Positions 39,564 through 49,596 of a stretch of DNA of 64,000 bases are shown one piece after another. Within the stretch, counting starts at the first letter, position 1, and every line of letters starts with the position of its first letter. The translations under genes and the position numbers were made by a program. The notes under the pieces were generated by a model. That model had not been told where the DNA came from and searched no databases. It saw only the letters and a list, made by a program, of their open reading frames with translations. Source of the stretch: an archaeon 13_1_40CM_2_52_13 (GTDB lineage: Archaea > Thermoproteota > Bathyarchaeia > 40CM-2-53-6); contig MNHO01000049.1 in NCBI GenBank assembly GCA_001919285.1, forward strand, positions 17,746 through 81,745, read 5' to 3'.

Positions 39564-41479
39564 CGGAGTCTAAGTGATTCTAGGACATCTGGCACTACTG
39601 TTTTGATGCCGAAGATGCGATTGACGTTTTGAGCGAACAGTTCGGACTTTCTTCGCTCTCCGTGGTTTACTATGATTCTCGTGGGTTTGGGCATCATCCG
39701 CTTTATGAAACCTAGTAGTTGGTTGCGATCGGAGTGGCCCGAGAATCCTTCTATCGATTCGACCCGCATGTCGCACTTCACCATCTCTATCTTGCCGTCA
39801 GGACCGAAGAGTGACACTTCTTTCAATCCGTTCTTGATTCTGTTGCCGAGAGTTCCCTCTACCTGGTAGCTTACGTAAGCTAGGGTATTTCTCGCATCAG
39901 GGGCTAGCCGCCTGAAATAGTCAATAGCAGGTCCGCCCTCGAGCATTCCGGACGTAGCTATAATGACACAGGGTCCGCCCGCGACTATTTCGTCTCGATC
40001 ACCTGGGTGCGTGACTGGATGGAAGTATTCAGACTGGAACGGGTTCAGATCTTGATGAAGAATTTGTTCTTTGATGTCTCTCACGAGATATTCGGGAAAG
40101 GCTGTGTGTATCGCCGTCGCCTCATTTACCATCCCCTCAATATAGACGGGTAGTTCACGCAGGGCGCCGTTTCTCATGTATGCGTCCAGGACCAGCATTA
40201 TTTCTTGGGCTCGCCCAACGGCGGGGACAGGGATGAGGACTTTTCCGTTCTTTTCGACAGTCTCGTTGACTATGCTGACGAGCCTGCCTTCAACCCCTTC
40301 ACGGTCCGGCATAATGTCGTCAGGGCCCCCATAGGTGCTCTCGATGATCAAAGTTTCCGCCCTGGGGAACTGGGCCATGGCAGGGTCCAGCATCATTGTT
40401 CTTCCAAACTTGAAGTCGGCGCTGTAGACGATGTTGTGTAGGCCTTCGCCGATGTGGAGGTGTACGATGGAGCTGCCGAGGATGTGTCCCGCATTGTGCA
40501 GTGTCAGTTTGATGTCTGGGGCTACGTCAGTCACAACATTGTACCTTAGTGGGATCGTGTGCGTCACGACCTCTCTTACGTCCTTCTGGTCAAAAGGCGA
40601 GTGTTCTCCTTCTCTGCTGTGAACGTCGAGGTAGTCGAGCTGGTGTAGCGTCATGAGCACTTGTGTAGGCTCTGAACAATAGATTGGGCCATCATAGCCA
40701 TACTTGTAGAGGAAGGGCAGTATTCCACAGTGATCTAGATGCGCGTGAGATATCACAACGGCGTCGAGCTTTTCAAGATCAAACTCGTCAGTGTCGAACC
40801 GAGGATAGGCGGATGACGGGTCTTGTGCGCCAGGATTTATTCCACAATCCATGAGGACAGTGCTGCCTCCCGCTTGGATGAGCATCGCGGATCGTCCAAC
40901 TTCACGGAATGATCCGAGAGTCACGAGACGGACATAGCCAGCCTTGGTGAAGGTTGGACGAAAGATTCTCTCTCCTACATCTCGCAGGATCCGACTTCTC
41001 TCTTCACTCTCGGTGTGGAGTATGTGACGGGTGCTAGCAATAATCTTGGAGTGTAACGGAGGTGCCCGCAGAATCCTCGGGCGCCATCTTGTCTCCTTAA
41101 CAACTTGCTGAAGGACTGAAGCCTCTTTGCCGATTGCGACTCCAGGTTTCTTGGCTTCTACGACCACTTCACCGAGGCTAGGGTCGAAATTGATTGCCGT
41201 CACTTCAGCTTCAGCGGGTACAAGTTTCCGGATGTAGCCTTCCGCTTCTCTCTCTGGCAGTCGAATGGACTGGTCTGAGCGAATGACGATCCGTTTGTGG
41301 AGCAGGTTTACAATTTCTGTTACAACGTAGCTCTGTTCTGAGAGAAGGTTAACGTTCTTCACGTAGATCGCAAGGCGCGGTCCTTCAAACTCGATCCTGG
41401 TAATTTCGGCATCCTTCGGCATGTGTTCTACTATTGTCTCGCGTATCCTCGCAGACACATCGTTGTATGTTCTAGTCAT
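39560..41479 (-). CDS. fttA: Archaeal CPSF1-type beta-CASP ribonuclease (FttA/aCPSF1) with N-terminal KH domains.
   Basis: 639 aa. Two N-terminal KH domains precede a metallo-beta-lactamase domain with motif VISHAHLDHCG and the beta-CASP module. Confidence 0.9.
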   Translation of the reverse strand: MTRTYNDVSARIRETIVEHMPKDAEITRIEFEGPRLAIYVKNVNLLSEQSYVVTEIVNLLHKRIVIRSDQSIRLPEREAEGYIRKLVPAEAEVTAINFDPSLGEVVVEAKKPGVAIGKEASVLQQVVKETRWRPRILRAPPLHSKIIASTRHILHTESEERSRILRDVGERIFRPTFTKAGYVRLVTLGSFREVGRSAMLIQAGGSTVLMDCGINPGAQDPSSAYPRFDTDEFDLEKLDAVVISHAHLDHCGILPFLYKYGYDGPIYCSEPTQVLMTLHQLDYLDVHSREGEHSPFDQKDVREVVTHTIPLRYNVVTDVAPDIKLTLHNAGHILGSSIVHLHIGEGLHNIVYSADFKFGRTMMLDPAMAQFPRAETLIIESTYGGPDDIMPDREGVEGRLVSIVNETVEKNGKVLIPVPAVGRAQEIMLVLDAYMRNGALRELPVYIEGMVNEATAIHTAFPEYLVRDIKEQILHQDLNPFQSEYFHPVTHPGDRDEIVAGGPCVIIATSGMLEGGPAIDYFRRLAPDARNTLAYVSYQVEGTLGNRIKNGLKEVSLFGPDGKIEMVKCDMRVESIEGFSGHSDRNQLLGFIKRMMPKPTRIIVNHGERRKSELFAQNVNRIFGIKTVVPDVLESLRLR

Positions 41480-41533
41480 TCGTCTATGCTGCTCCTTGTG
41501 TACGATACGTTGAAGGTGTGGTTGAGAACGAGG

Positions 41534-42193
41534 TCAGGCGTGGAGGATGTGCTTCTTCTCGTCCTCTGTGAGTTCTCTATATCCGTCCTTGGATATCACG
41601 GCTACGTCGAAGCTATCGCCGCTAGCCGAATCCCGTTTCATAGCAGAGTCTATTGCTCGCACTACTACGGGGACGGACTCCTTAACATTCATCGTGTCCT
41701 TCCACTCCGATTCCAGCACTCCGTATGCTACTGGAGATCCGGAGCCTGTGGAGACAAATTTTTCCTCCATCATACTTCCAAGCGGGTCCAACATGAAAAT
41801 GTGACCGCCGGAATCGTCCATTCCTCCGATGAGCGCCTGAACACCCATTGGGTAATATCGGGATTGAAAGAGCACATTCGATACTAGTCTGGCGGCAGAG
41901 TTGATCGGGATTGGTCTTGCTAGATCGAGCTTGTAAAGTGCTGAGTTCGCCCGAAGCATTTCCACAATGGCCTGCGCGTCCCCCACAACTCCAGCTATGG
42001 TCATTGCTATGTGTTGGTCGATCCGGTATACTTTCTTAGCGTGTTTGTGGGCCACAAAAGAGCCCATCGTTGCTCTAGTGTCTGTCGTCAGCACGACTCC
42101 GTCATGGCAGACGACACCGATCGTCGTCGTTCCCTTAAGGACGGGTAGTTTTCCAGCTCTCTGAAATTCCAACTTGAAGTGTCTCTTAATCAT
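41534..42193 (-). CDS. psmB: Proteasome subunit beta.
   Basis: 219 aa. A propeptide is followed by the active-site Thr in TTTIGVVCHDGVVL, within an Ntn-hydrolase fold. Confidence 0.9.
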   Translation of the reverse strand: MIKRHFKLEFQRAGKLPVLKGTTTIGVVCHDGVVLTTDTRATMGSFVAHKHAKKVYRIDQHIAMTIAGVVGDAQAIVEMLRANSALYKLDLARPIPINSAARLVSNVLFQSRYYPMGVQALIGGMDDSGGHIFMLDPLGSMMEEKFVSTGSGSPVAYGVLESEWKDTMNVKESVPVVVRAIDSAMKRDSASGDSFDVAVISKDGYRELTEDEKKHILHA

Positions 42194-42283
42194 GCGATAT
42201 TAAAGACCACTTTCCGAGAAAACGGAAAGATTGGAATGCCCCGGTTCTCCACCGCTTAAAAACATTTGGGGAATCGCAGCTTC

Positions 42284-43174
42284 CTACCTTTGGCTCTCCG
42301 ATCCCATCATTGCCCGCTTCGTTGGACCCTTTGACGCGGGCTTCTTGGCTGGAGCTCTTCTCTTCCGTGCAGGCTGAGCCGGAGCTTCTTGAGCCTTTTC
42401 TGTCTGCGGCTTCGTCTCAACTTGTTCGGCCGACTTGCTTGTTTCAACGGCCCAGGCTTTTGACGCCTCTTCCATCTCGGCCTCGGGTGCTCTCCTCTTG
42501 AACACCTCCCGGAATGAGATTGAGTCGATGTCTGGGAAGAATTTTTGCAGATCAGAGGTGACCGATTTCTTGGCTACTTGTAGGCCGCTAAGGTAGAACG
42601 CCTCTTCGGGGACCTCGACCGTCAGTTCCTTGCCAGTTCTTTCCACGCCGAATTTTGCCTTGTCAACTTCAGGGATTCGTTTTGATATGATGTTCAGAAT
42701 CTTCTCGTTATCGTCCTCGACTATTTTTTCGATCGAGACATCGTAGATCAGGGTTCGGCCCGCTAGGGGATGGTTGTAGTCTACTTGGACGCGGCCAGCT
42801 CCCACCGCCCTTACTGTCGCAGGTCTGCCGTCGAATTCGATCTGTGCGCCTGGAGTCGGGTCTATGCCTTTGTCGCGAAAGCGTCTCAACGGAACAAGCC
42901 GCATCTTAGCCGGGTCGCGTGTTCCGAATCCCTTGTCAGGAGGCAGTTCGACCGTCGTCCGTTTTCCAATGTCGGCTCCTACCAGGGAATCTTCTAGTCC
43001 CTTTGGAAGCCAGCCTTCTCCGAGGATTATGAAACGAGGACCATAGGTTGAGTCTTGCCGATGGAGATGGGTATCTTTCGCAACCGCATCATATGTTGTG
43101 TCTACTGTTTCTCCACTCTCTTTCACCTTGAGAGTGAAATTGACGAGTAGAAAGTCGCCGGCCTTTACTGCCAT
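42284..43174 (-). CDS. Long-type FKBP peptidyl-prolyl cis-trans isomerase.
   Basis: 296 aa. The N-terminal FKBP domain with IF-insert (GDFLLVNFTLKV...GRTLIYDVSIEKI) is followed by a C-terminal domain and a Lys/Ala/Pro-rich tail. Confidence 0.8.
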   Translation of the reverse strand: MAVKAGDFLLVNFTLKVKESGETVDTTYDAVAKDTHLHRQDSTYGPRFIILGEGWLPKGLEDSLVGADIGKRTTVELPPDKGFGTRDPAKMRLVPLRRFRDKGIDPTPGAQIEFDGRPATVRAVGAGRVQVDYNHPLAGRTLIYDVSIEKIVEDDNEKILNIISKRIPEVDKAKFGVERTGKELTVEVPEEAFYLSGLQVAKKSVTSDLQKFFPDIDSISFREVFKRRAPEAEMEEASKAWAVETSKSAEQVETKPQTEKAQEAPAQPARKRRAPAKKPASKGPTKRAMMGSESQR

Positions 43175-43178
43175 TCTG

Positions 43179-44360
43179 CTAGTTCATCCTCGCAGGGAGT
43201 CGAGCCAGGGCTCTACGTGCAGCTTCGAGAGCTTCCGACATCTTGCCTTTGAAGCCTAGGTCTGCGCTTGCTGATGCAATAGCGCTTACCGTTGACATTA
43301 TTTCAGGTGATCCAACGTTGCCCATGATTCCAATTCTGAACATCTTTCCTTTCCATTTTTCCAGACTACCGCCTAAGTCTATCCCATACTTAGTTCTGAT
43401 GAGTTCTCTCAGCTTGCCATCCTCGATGCCACTTGGACACGCCACCGCGGCGACGGTGTGTGATCGCGATTCAGGCTCCGCCATTAGCGCTAATCCAAGA
43501 GCCTCCATGGCGCTGTAGACTGCTTCGGCGCAGATTCGATGCCTTTCAAATCTCGCCTGTAGTCCCTCTTCAAGGATCATATCGCACGCCTCGTTGAGTG
43601 CATAGAATAAGGAGACTGCGGGTGTGAAGGGTGTGAAGCCATCTCCCATGTATTTCTTGTACATTGGAAGATCGAGGTAAAAGGATCGGTGCTGTTTCTT
43701 CTCGCTGATCTTCTCCCAGGATTTCTGGCTCACCGAGACGAAGGATAAGCCCGGCGGGCACATCATGCATTTCTGGCTAGCAGTGACGCACATGTCCACA
43801 TTCCAGTCATCGACGGGCAGTTTGTCGCCTCCGAGAATCGATATGGCGTCTACGATTAGTAGGATGTCTTCCTCCTCACAGAGTTTCCCGATCTCTTGAA
43901 GGCTCCTCACGGTTACACCGGTGGAAGTCTCGTTGTAGACCACCGCAAGAGCCTTCGCATCGGGGTTCGCTTTGATAATCTTCCTAAAGTCGTCTGTCCC
44001 GGGTGCCTTTCCCCATTCCGAGCTCACAACCAATGGATGGCCGCCGTACGCGTTGATTGCTTCGCCAAGTCTCTCGCTGAAGAAGCCGTTGACGTTAACG
44101 ATTATCTTGTCTCCATCTTCTATTATGTTCTGGAGGGCACATTCGGTAGCGCCTGTTCCCGAGGTTGTAAGAACGAACAGGTCTTCCTTGGTCTGAAAGA
44201 CCTTCTTGGTCTTGCCGATTACTTGTGATAATACTTCCTTGAAATCGGGACCCCTGTGGCCCATGAGAGGCTTGATCATGGCCCTCATGACTCTAGGAGG
44301 CACGTTTGTGGGACCCGGCAGCATGATCAATTTCTGGGTCTCACTCACAGAGCAGCCCAA
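43179..44360 (-). CDS. Class V aminotransferase (serine-glyoxylate/alanine-glyoxylate/phosphoserine aminotransferase family).
   Basis: 393 aa with class-V PLP fold blocks, ...LLIVDAISILGG.. and the Lys region ...CVTASQKCMMCPPGLSF. Confidence 0.8.
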   Translation of the reverse strand: MGCSVSETQKLIMLPGPTNVPPRVMRAMIKPLMGHRGPDFKEVLSQVIGKTKKVFQTKEDLFVLTTSGTGATECALQNIIEDGDKIIVNVNGFFSERLGEAINAYGGHPLVVSSEWGKAPGTDDFRKIIKANPDAKALAVVYNETSTGVTVRSLQEIGKLCEEEDILLIVDAISILGGDKLPVDDWNVDMCVTASQKCMMCPPGLSFVSVSQKSWEKISEKKQHRSFYLDLPMYKKYMGDGFTPFTPAVSLFYALNEACDMILEEGLQARFERHRICAEAVYSAMEALGLALMAEPESRSHTVAAVACPSGIEDGKLRELIRTKYGIDLGGSLEKWKGKMFRIGIMGNVGSPEIMSTVSAIASASADLGFKGKMSEALEAARRALARLPARMN

Positions 44361-44428
44361 CCATGTGATGAAGCGCGAGCCCGAGGCGTGGTTCTTTTAA
44401 GGATTAGCTCTCAGCGTGACACGATTCG

Positions 44429-45220
44429 ATGGTTACGATAACTCTGCTCTCGGACTTTGGATTGACCGATCCATATGTCGCCGAAATGAAAGGAGTCATT
44501 CTTAGCGCGGATCCTGATCTGACGATTGTTGATGTCTCGCATGGAATTGACCGTCATAACATTGCGATGGGCTCTTTCATCCTTGAAACGGCACTCCCCT
44601 ACTTTCCTAGGGGTTCGATACACGTAGCCGTTGTCGATCCTGGTGTTGGAACCAAGAGACTTCCCTTGGTGGTGGTGTGCAAACTGGGAGTCCTCGTCGG
44701 TCCTGATAATGGTCTTCTCGTTAGAGTTGCTCAGAAACTTGGTTTCAAAGCAGGGTATCAAATAGATAGTCAGCGATTCAAGGGTGAGAAAATCTCTGCT
44801 ACGTTCCATGGAAGGGACCTATTCGCGAGGACGGCCGCGAAACTAGCGGACGGACTGAGGCCTGACACGTTCGGGGCTGAAGTCAAAGAGCTTGTGAGGC
44901 TTGACATTCCGAGTGTACACGTTTCGGATGAAGGAATGACGTGTACCGTTCTTCACGTTGATTCTTTCGGCAATGTGATTTTGAACTTGGGCGAAGGGGA
45001 GTTTTTGACGTTAGGCTTGCACGAAGGCAGAAGCTTAGTCTTGAATACGATACTCGGCCAGCTGTCTGCGCCGATTTTTTCAACGTACTCGGAGATTCCC
45101 TCTGACCAGCTTGGGGTTATCTTGGGAAGTCAGGGATATGTGGAGATCGCGATGAGAGAGAGAAGTGCGGCTGCTATGCTCGGGCTCAAACCATTGGATC
45201 GGATCGAAATCCGCTTTTAG
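44429..45220 (+). CDS. SAM hydroxide adenosyltransferase (DUF62, fluorinase/chlorinase-like family).
   Basis: 263 aa. The N-terminus ITLLSDFGLTDPYVAEMKGVIL and HVAVVDPGVGT match DUF62. Confidence 0.8.
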   Translation: MVTITLLSDFGLTDPYVAEMKGVILSADPDLTIVDVSHGIDRHNIAMGSFILETALPYFPRGSIHVAVVDPGVGTKRLPLVVVCKLGVLVGPDNGLLVRVAQKLGFKAGYQIDSQRFKGEKISATFHGRDLFARTAAKLADGLRPDTFGAEVKELVRLDIPSVHVSDEGMTCTVLHVDSFGNVILNLGEGEFLTLGLHEGRSLVLNTILGQLSAPIFSTYSEIPSDQLGVILGSQGYVEIAMRERSAAAMLGLKPLDRIEIRF

Positions 45221-45741
45221 CTAGCCTTGTCACTCTTTGAAATGTCCCTCAGGCGTTCGTCCCCATCGATCTTCTTCAGGTAGCTGGCGACTGACTTTGG
45301 AACGAGTTCCTTCCATGGCCCGTTGGTCAACAGTCTTCTCCTGACTTCTGTTGACGTGAACTTTTTGCGGCTGAACATGGGAATGCGCTCGACCCTTAGA
45401 CCCGCTTCCTTGAGTAATCGAAAGGTTAGAGGCTCATTCGTGAAGACGACGTCGAAGCTTGGAGTCTGAGATAGCAAATGCGCGACCCAGACTTTGTGGA
45501 ACTCATCGTCCGGAAGAGGAATAACCGTAAATCGATCCGGGCGAATCCCTGATTCTTTAAGAGCCAGTCTTATCATCGTAATTCGTTCTCCGGCCGTGAA
45601 CGGGTTGTCTAAGGTGTGGCTGTGCTGGGCACTGCCCACGACAATTATCAGCTCATCGACTCGTTCAAGAATATACTTCACCGCCTGCAGATGGCCCAGG
45701 TGAAATGGCTGGAATCGACCAACGTAGAGGCCGGTGGTCAA
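45217..45741 (-). CDS. nadM: Nicotinamide-nucleotide adenylyltransferase (archaeal NMNAT).
   Basis: 174 aa with the HxGH motif GRFQPFHLGHL and a C-terminal ...SRKKFTSTEVRRRL, typical of archaeal NMNAT. Confidence 0.85.
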   Translation of the reverse strand: MTTGLYVGRFQPFHLGHLQAVKYILERVDELIIVVGSAQHSHTLDNPFTAGERITMIRLALKESGIRPDRFTVIPLPDDEFHKVWVAHLLSQTPSFDVVFTNEPLTFRLLKEAGLRVERIPMFSRKKFTSTEVRRRLLTNGPWKELVPKSVASYLKKIDGDERLRDISKSDKAS

Positions 45742-46341
45742 TCAGGCGCCTTCGGATGGATTCCAGAGAGCTGCTGAATCGATCTTGTCCTCGTCGATCG
45801 GCACTTCTTCGCGTACTAGCAACTTACGCTTCGTCAAGCTCCCACTTTCTCCAAGGGTCCCGCAGAGTGAATAGTTACCTACGGTTAGACTACTGGGGAC
45901 GACGCGGTGGCATGGAACGAAGATAGACCATGGATTCGAACCGACGGCTCCGCCAACAGCTCTCGCCGCTGAGCCGATATGATTCGAGATCAGTCCATAT
46001 GTTGTGACCTTGCCTGCAGGAATCCTCTCAAGGACGCCGCAGACTTTGGCCTGATGGGTAGAAACGAAGTTTCTGTTGAGGTTCACATTTTTAGAGTTCT
46101 TCGCTCCCTCGAATCGTCTGATCATCTCTTCCGTTAGCCAATGATTGATACGCGTCGGGAATTTGCCACCAGTCTTAGCTGAATACTCTTCTAGGTGTTT
46201 CTCTAGAATTCGCGAGCTAGAGCCGAAGGAGGAAGCGACAAGTCTGTCGTTTTGGTCAACAATACAACCAAAAGACATCTCCTCAGATTTTCCGAGGGAT
46301 AGTCGAAGGTTCTCCATGATTGGAGTCTGTTGGATGCACAC
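45742..46341 (-). CDS. ogt: Methylated-DNA--protein-cysteine methyltransferase (Ogt/MGMT).
   Basis: 199 aa. The active-site motif PCHRVV is present in ...IPAGKVTTYGLISNHIGSAARAVGGAVGSNPWSIFVPCHRVV. Confidence 0.75.
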   Translation of the reverse strand: MCIQQTPIMENLRLSLGKSEEMSFGCIVDQNDRLVASSFGSSSRILEKHLEEYSAKTGGKFPTRINHWLTEEMIRRFEGAKNSKNVNLNRNFVSTHQAKVCGVLERIPAGKVTTYGLISNHIGSAARAVGGAVGSNPWSIFVPCHRVVPSSLTVGNYSLCGTLGESGSLTKRKLLVREEVPIDEDKIDSAALWNPSEGA

Positions 46342-46377
46342 TCTCTTTAAAGAATGGGTTGAAGTTCGGCTGGAAAA

Positions 46378-47460
46378 ATGATTGAAATAGATGGAAGCAT
46401 GGGCGAGGGTGGTGGACAGGTTCTTCGAACGGCTCTAGCTCTGGCTGCCGTGCTGAGACATGAAGTTCGCGTCTTTAACATCAGGGCTGGAAGAGAGGAC
46501 CCCGGATTGAAAGCCCAGCATCTAACAGGGGCAAAGGCGTTATCGCAGATTTGCGGTGCATCCTCCCAGGGCCTTCGGATTGGCTCGACAGAGTTCATCT
46601 TCAACCCCGGAAAGGTGAAGGCTGGCTCCTTCCATTTCGACGTTGGAACAGCAGGGAGTATAACATTAGTCCTTCAGACGTTGATGCCTCTGCTCCCATT
46701 CGCTCCGGGAACCGTAGAAGTAGAGATCACTGGAGGAACAGATGTGAGGTGGAGTCCTCCAATCGACTATCTCAGACTAGTAACGCTTCCCTTACTCGAG
46801 AGAATGAATGTTCACGCGTCAATTCTTGTCTCTCGCAGGGGACACTATCCCAAAGGAGGCGGAGTCGTAAGATTCACTGCAACTCCTGCATTCGTTTTGA
46901 AGAATATCATTGGGAGAGATGGTGGGCAGGTAAGTGAGCTCACAGGAGTGAGCCACTCGGTGAAGCTTCCGGCCGGAGTGGCCGAAAGACAAGCTTCAGC
47001 CGCAACACGGGTAATTGAAGAGAAAGGCTTCCCTCGTCCAAAGTTCGAGATTGATGCCTCAGAGAACGGCTCACACCTAGGTCCAGGTAGCGGAATAGTA
47101 CTCCGCGCTTCTAGAAATAGTGGAGGGTTGTTGGGAGCGGACAGTCTGGGAGAGAGAGGTCGACCTGCGGAGGTAGTTGGCGAAGACGCCGCGACAAAGC
47201 TCCTGGAGGAGGGCAGGTCTGCAGCTTTTCTGGACAGGCATATGGGGGACATGATTGTGCCTTACCTGGCGTTGGCAGCGGGTGTTTCTGATGTCTCTGT
47301 TTCAATGGTCACTCTGCACACGTTGACGAATGTGGGAGTAGCAGAGAAGGTCGCTGGGGTCCAATTCGATCCATTGCCCGAGGCTGGGATGCCTGGTAGG
47401 TTGCGGGTCAGCGGTCTGGGTCTGAAGCGTGAGGAGGTGTCCGTTTCTCCCAGAGAATAG
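46378..47460 (+). CDS. rtcA: RNA 3'-terminal phosphate cyclase.
   Basis: 360 aa. N-terminus IEIDGSMGEGGGQVLRTALALAA, with RtcA-family length and blocks. Confidence 0.85.
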   Translation: MIEIDGSMGEGGGQVLRTALALAAVLRHEVRVFNIRAGREDPGLKAQHLTGAKALSQICGASSQGLRIGSTEFIFNPGKVKAGSFHFDVGTAGSITLVLQTLMPLLPFAPGTVEVEITGGTDVRWSPPIDYLRLVTLPLLERMNVHASILVSRRGHYPKGGGVVRFTATPAFVLKNIIGRDGGQVSELTGVSHSVKLPAGVAERQASAATRVIEEKGFPRPKFEIDASENGSHLGPGSGIVLRASRNSGGLLGADSLGERGRPAEVVGEDAATKLLEEGRSAAFLDRHMGDMIVPYLALAAGVSDVSVSMVTLHTLTNVGVAEKVAGVQFDPLPEAGMPGRLRVSGLGLKREEVSVSPRE

Positions 47461-47686
47461 TATTCGATGACAGGTGGTTGACGTAGAGTACTCGGTGGAA
47501 GGGAATCTGAGTCTCTCCGTCGCTTAGCGTGAACGATCCCTTGCCTAGATGGGAGATGGTTGAGACTCTGATTCGAACTTGGTTCTCGGGGGCTCCACGG
47601 TGGAGATAAGCAAGTTCGACCTCTGAAGAGTCGCCTGGACCTCGCATTAGTCTGGAGAGAATCGATCGTAACGGGTGCTCACGCAA
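47408..47686 (-). CDS. Small conserved archaeal protein, DUF504/UPF0248-like.
   Basis: 92 aa. YLHRGAPENQVRI......I...GSFTL.DGETQIPFHRVLYV resembles the DUF504 pattern. It overlaps the rtcA 3' end convergently by 53 nt, so the true 3' extent is uncertain. Confidence 0.35.
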   Translation of the reverse strand: MREHPLRSILSRLMRGPGDSSEVELAYLHRGAPENQVRIRVSTISHLGKGSFTLSDGETQIPFHRVLYVNHLSSNTILWEKRTPPHASDPDR

Positions 47687-47829
47687 TTGCTCTCACCGTT
47701 GGTCACCATTCATTATTGCTTCGTGAATTATTGAGTCGTATCGGCTCTTGGCCGGGGACCTTCGCGGAATGGAATGGCCAGCAGGATTGTCTAGTTCTTG
47801 ACGGTTGAGAAGTCAATTTAGCCAAGCCG

Positions 47830-48621
47830 TTGCCCTGTCGTCTCATGTCGTTGACCTTCATAGGGTTAGGATTGAACGATGAAAAAGGCATGACATTGGA
47901 AGGACTCGAGGAGGCACGGCAAGCCGACTCCGCTTATGGAGAATTCTACACGAATATCATGCCAAATCTAGACCTGAAACGTCTCGAGAAGAATATCGGA
48001 AAGAAGGTCGAAGTGCTCAACAGAACCCAACTTGAAGACGAAGGAGGTGAGAAGTTGCTGAAAGCGGCAAGCAAACAGAGAGTCGCCTTCCTAGTCCCGG
48101 GAGACCCTTTGATCGCAACTACCCATATCTCATTGAGACTCTCGCTTGCGAAAATGGGCATTCCGTCGCGCGTCGTCCACGCACCTTCCATTGTGTCCGC
48201 TGTCTGCGGCGCCACAGGGCTTCAAAGCTACAAGTTCGGCAAATCTATCACCGTACCTCGCGATCAGCCACTTCCAAGGTCCTTGCTCGACACGATCTCG
48301 GATAACAGTCACCGCGGTCTTCACACCCTAATTCTCCTAGACGTTCAAGCTGGGAAAACTTCTCAAATGACCATCCGAGACGCGATTACAAAAATGACAA
48401 CGGCCGATCCTCACCTCGAAACGCGAGTGGCCGTCGGACTCGCGAGACTCGGCTCGAGGGATGAGAAGGTCAAAGCATCCAAAATGAAGATTTTGACCGG
48501 CGAAGACTTCGGCAACGGTCCGCAATCAATAATTGTTGTCGGTAGGGTTCACTTCATGGAAGCTGAGGCGCTTGAGGTACTCTGTGGGGCGGGCGAGGAA
48601 GACCTGCGTGAACTGAGTTGA
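47830..48621 (+). CDS. dph5: Diphthine synthase.
   Basis: 263 aa. LTFIGLGLNDEKGMTLEGLEEARQAD... and LVPGDPLIATTH (tetrapyrrole-methylase fold). The likely start is MSLTFIGLGL at about 47845. Confidence 0.85.
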   Translation: MPCRLMSLTFIGLGLNDEKGMTLEGLEEARQADSAYGEFYTNIMPNLDLKRLEKNIGKKVEVLNRTQLEDEGGEKLLKAASKQRVAFLVPGDPLIATTHISLRLSLAKMGIPSRVVHAPSIVSAVCGATGLQSYKFGKSITVPRDQPLPRSLLDTISDNSHRGLHTLILLDVQAGKTSQMTIRDAITKMTTADPHLETRVAVGLARLGSRDEKVKASKMKILTGEDFGNGPQSIIVVGRVHFMEAEALEVLCGAGEEDLRELS

Positions 48622-48887
48622 AAGAGAGCGCGTCAGATAGGACCGCCAAGTATGTCGAGGCCACGTCTGCCTCTTTGAGGCGACTGAGGACAAGGAAGTT
48701 TCCGGCGACGGTGGCGCAGGCGCAATACGAGTATGTTATCGAAATGGTGCGTGGATACGTCAAGGATGCGCGACACTACGCAGAAAAGCGGAAGCCAGTT
48801 ACATCCCTAGCGTGTATAGCGTATGCTGAAGGAATGTTAGACGCTCTGAAGTTCCTTGAGCTCGTCGATTTCTACCCTCAAACCTAG
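48618..48887 (+). CDS. Small conserved hypothetical protein, possibly a DUF357-like archaeal family.
   Basis: 89 aa, helical, sharing 4 nt with the dph5 stop. The family assignment is tentative. Confidence 0.3.
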   Translation: MKESASDRTAKYVEATSASLRRLRTRKFPATVAQAQYEYVIEMVRGYVKDARHYAEKRKPVTSLACIAYAEGMLDALKFLELVDFYPQT

Positions 48888-48913
48888 AGTAACACTGCTC
48901 TGATATCCGGCGC

Positions 48914-49507
48914 ATGCCTTTTCATTATCGACTCGGAAAAATGGTCAACTGCAGCGCCTGTTCAGGAATAATTCATCGCGACGAACCGGTGTCGGCTGCT
49001 TTCAGCCAAGAAGGGAAGAGAAGCTACTATCACAAGGGCTGCGAAGAAAAAGCGGAGTATCTCTCTCGATGGAGAGAGGAAGCAGCTTGGGCATTTAGAC
49101 CCGTTAGGCTCAGTGTTACGGAGTGGGAGGCTTGTAGTCCGAAGAAGCATTTAGGAGTCTGGCAGTCTATCTTCATCGCGCGCAGGGACGAGGATATCTG
49201 GTGTCCGGACTGTGGTCTGAAGATTGCGCGGCACGAGGGTCTGACATGTTCATCGTGTGGTTCTCATGCTATTGTTGTTGGGGTTGAGTCTACCAAGATG
49301 GTGTTTACACACAGACAACCACTCTACAAGCTTCTCGTTCATTGTACTGAGAAGGGGGAGGATTCGACGAGCTACGCTATCTCAAGCGGATTTACACCCG
49401 TTGCGATTACTTCTCGCAGGAAGGGAGAGGCAACGGAATCACAGCAATCCGTAATGATGCTTGAGTATGAGCCTAAAGAGAATCTCAAGAAAGGACTCAA
49501 AGTCTAA
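48914..49507 (+). CDS. Cys-rich zinc-finger hypothetical protein.
   Basis: 197 aa with CSAC, CPDC and CSSC pairs. It is followed by the T7 tract 49565..49571. Confidence 0.4.
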   Translation: MPFHYRLGKMVNCSACSGIIHRDEPVSAAFSQEGKRSYYHKGCEEKAEYLSRWREEAAWAFRPVRLSVTEWEACSPKKHLGVWQSIFIARRDEDIWCPDCGLKIARHEGLTCSSCGSHAIVVGVESTKMVFTHRQPLYKLLVHCTEKGEDSTSYAISSGFTPVAITSRRKGEATESQQSVMMLEYEPKENLKKGLKV

Positions 49508-49561
49508 GGGCTTCTTTGAGAGAGACTTGATTTCTATGGGCGTCGTCTACAAGCTGTGAAG

Positions 49562-49572
49562 CACTTTTTTTG
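49562..49572 (+). terminator. Oligo-T terminator.
   Basis: GCACTTTTTTTGC (a T7 tract) lies about 55 nt downstream of the stop of the 48914..49507 gene. Confidence 0.4.
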
Positions 49573-49583
49573 CTCCTGATACA

Positions 49584-49596
49584 CCCCCCCGGGGGG
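49584..49596. repeat. C7G6 perfect palindrome (CCCCCCCGGGGGG) within a 360-nt ORF-free region.
   Basis: Seen directly, and unique in the window. Confidence 0.5.

Noticed and set aside
45932-45942. GGATTCGAACC, a tRNA T-arm-like reverse-complement motif.
   Set aside because: It lies inside the well-supported MGMT coding sequence, and there is no flanking G/C-rich acceptor complement. It is a chance match.
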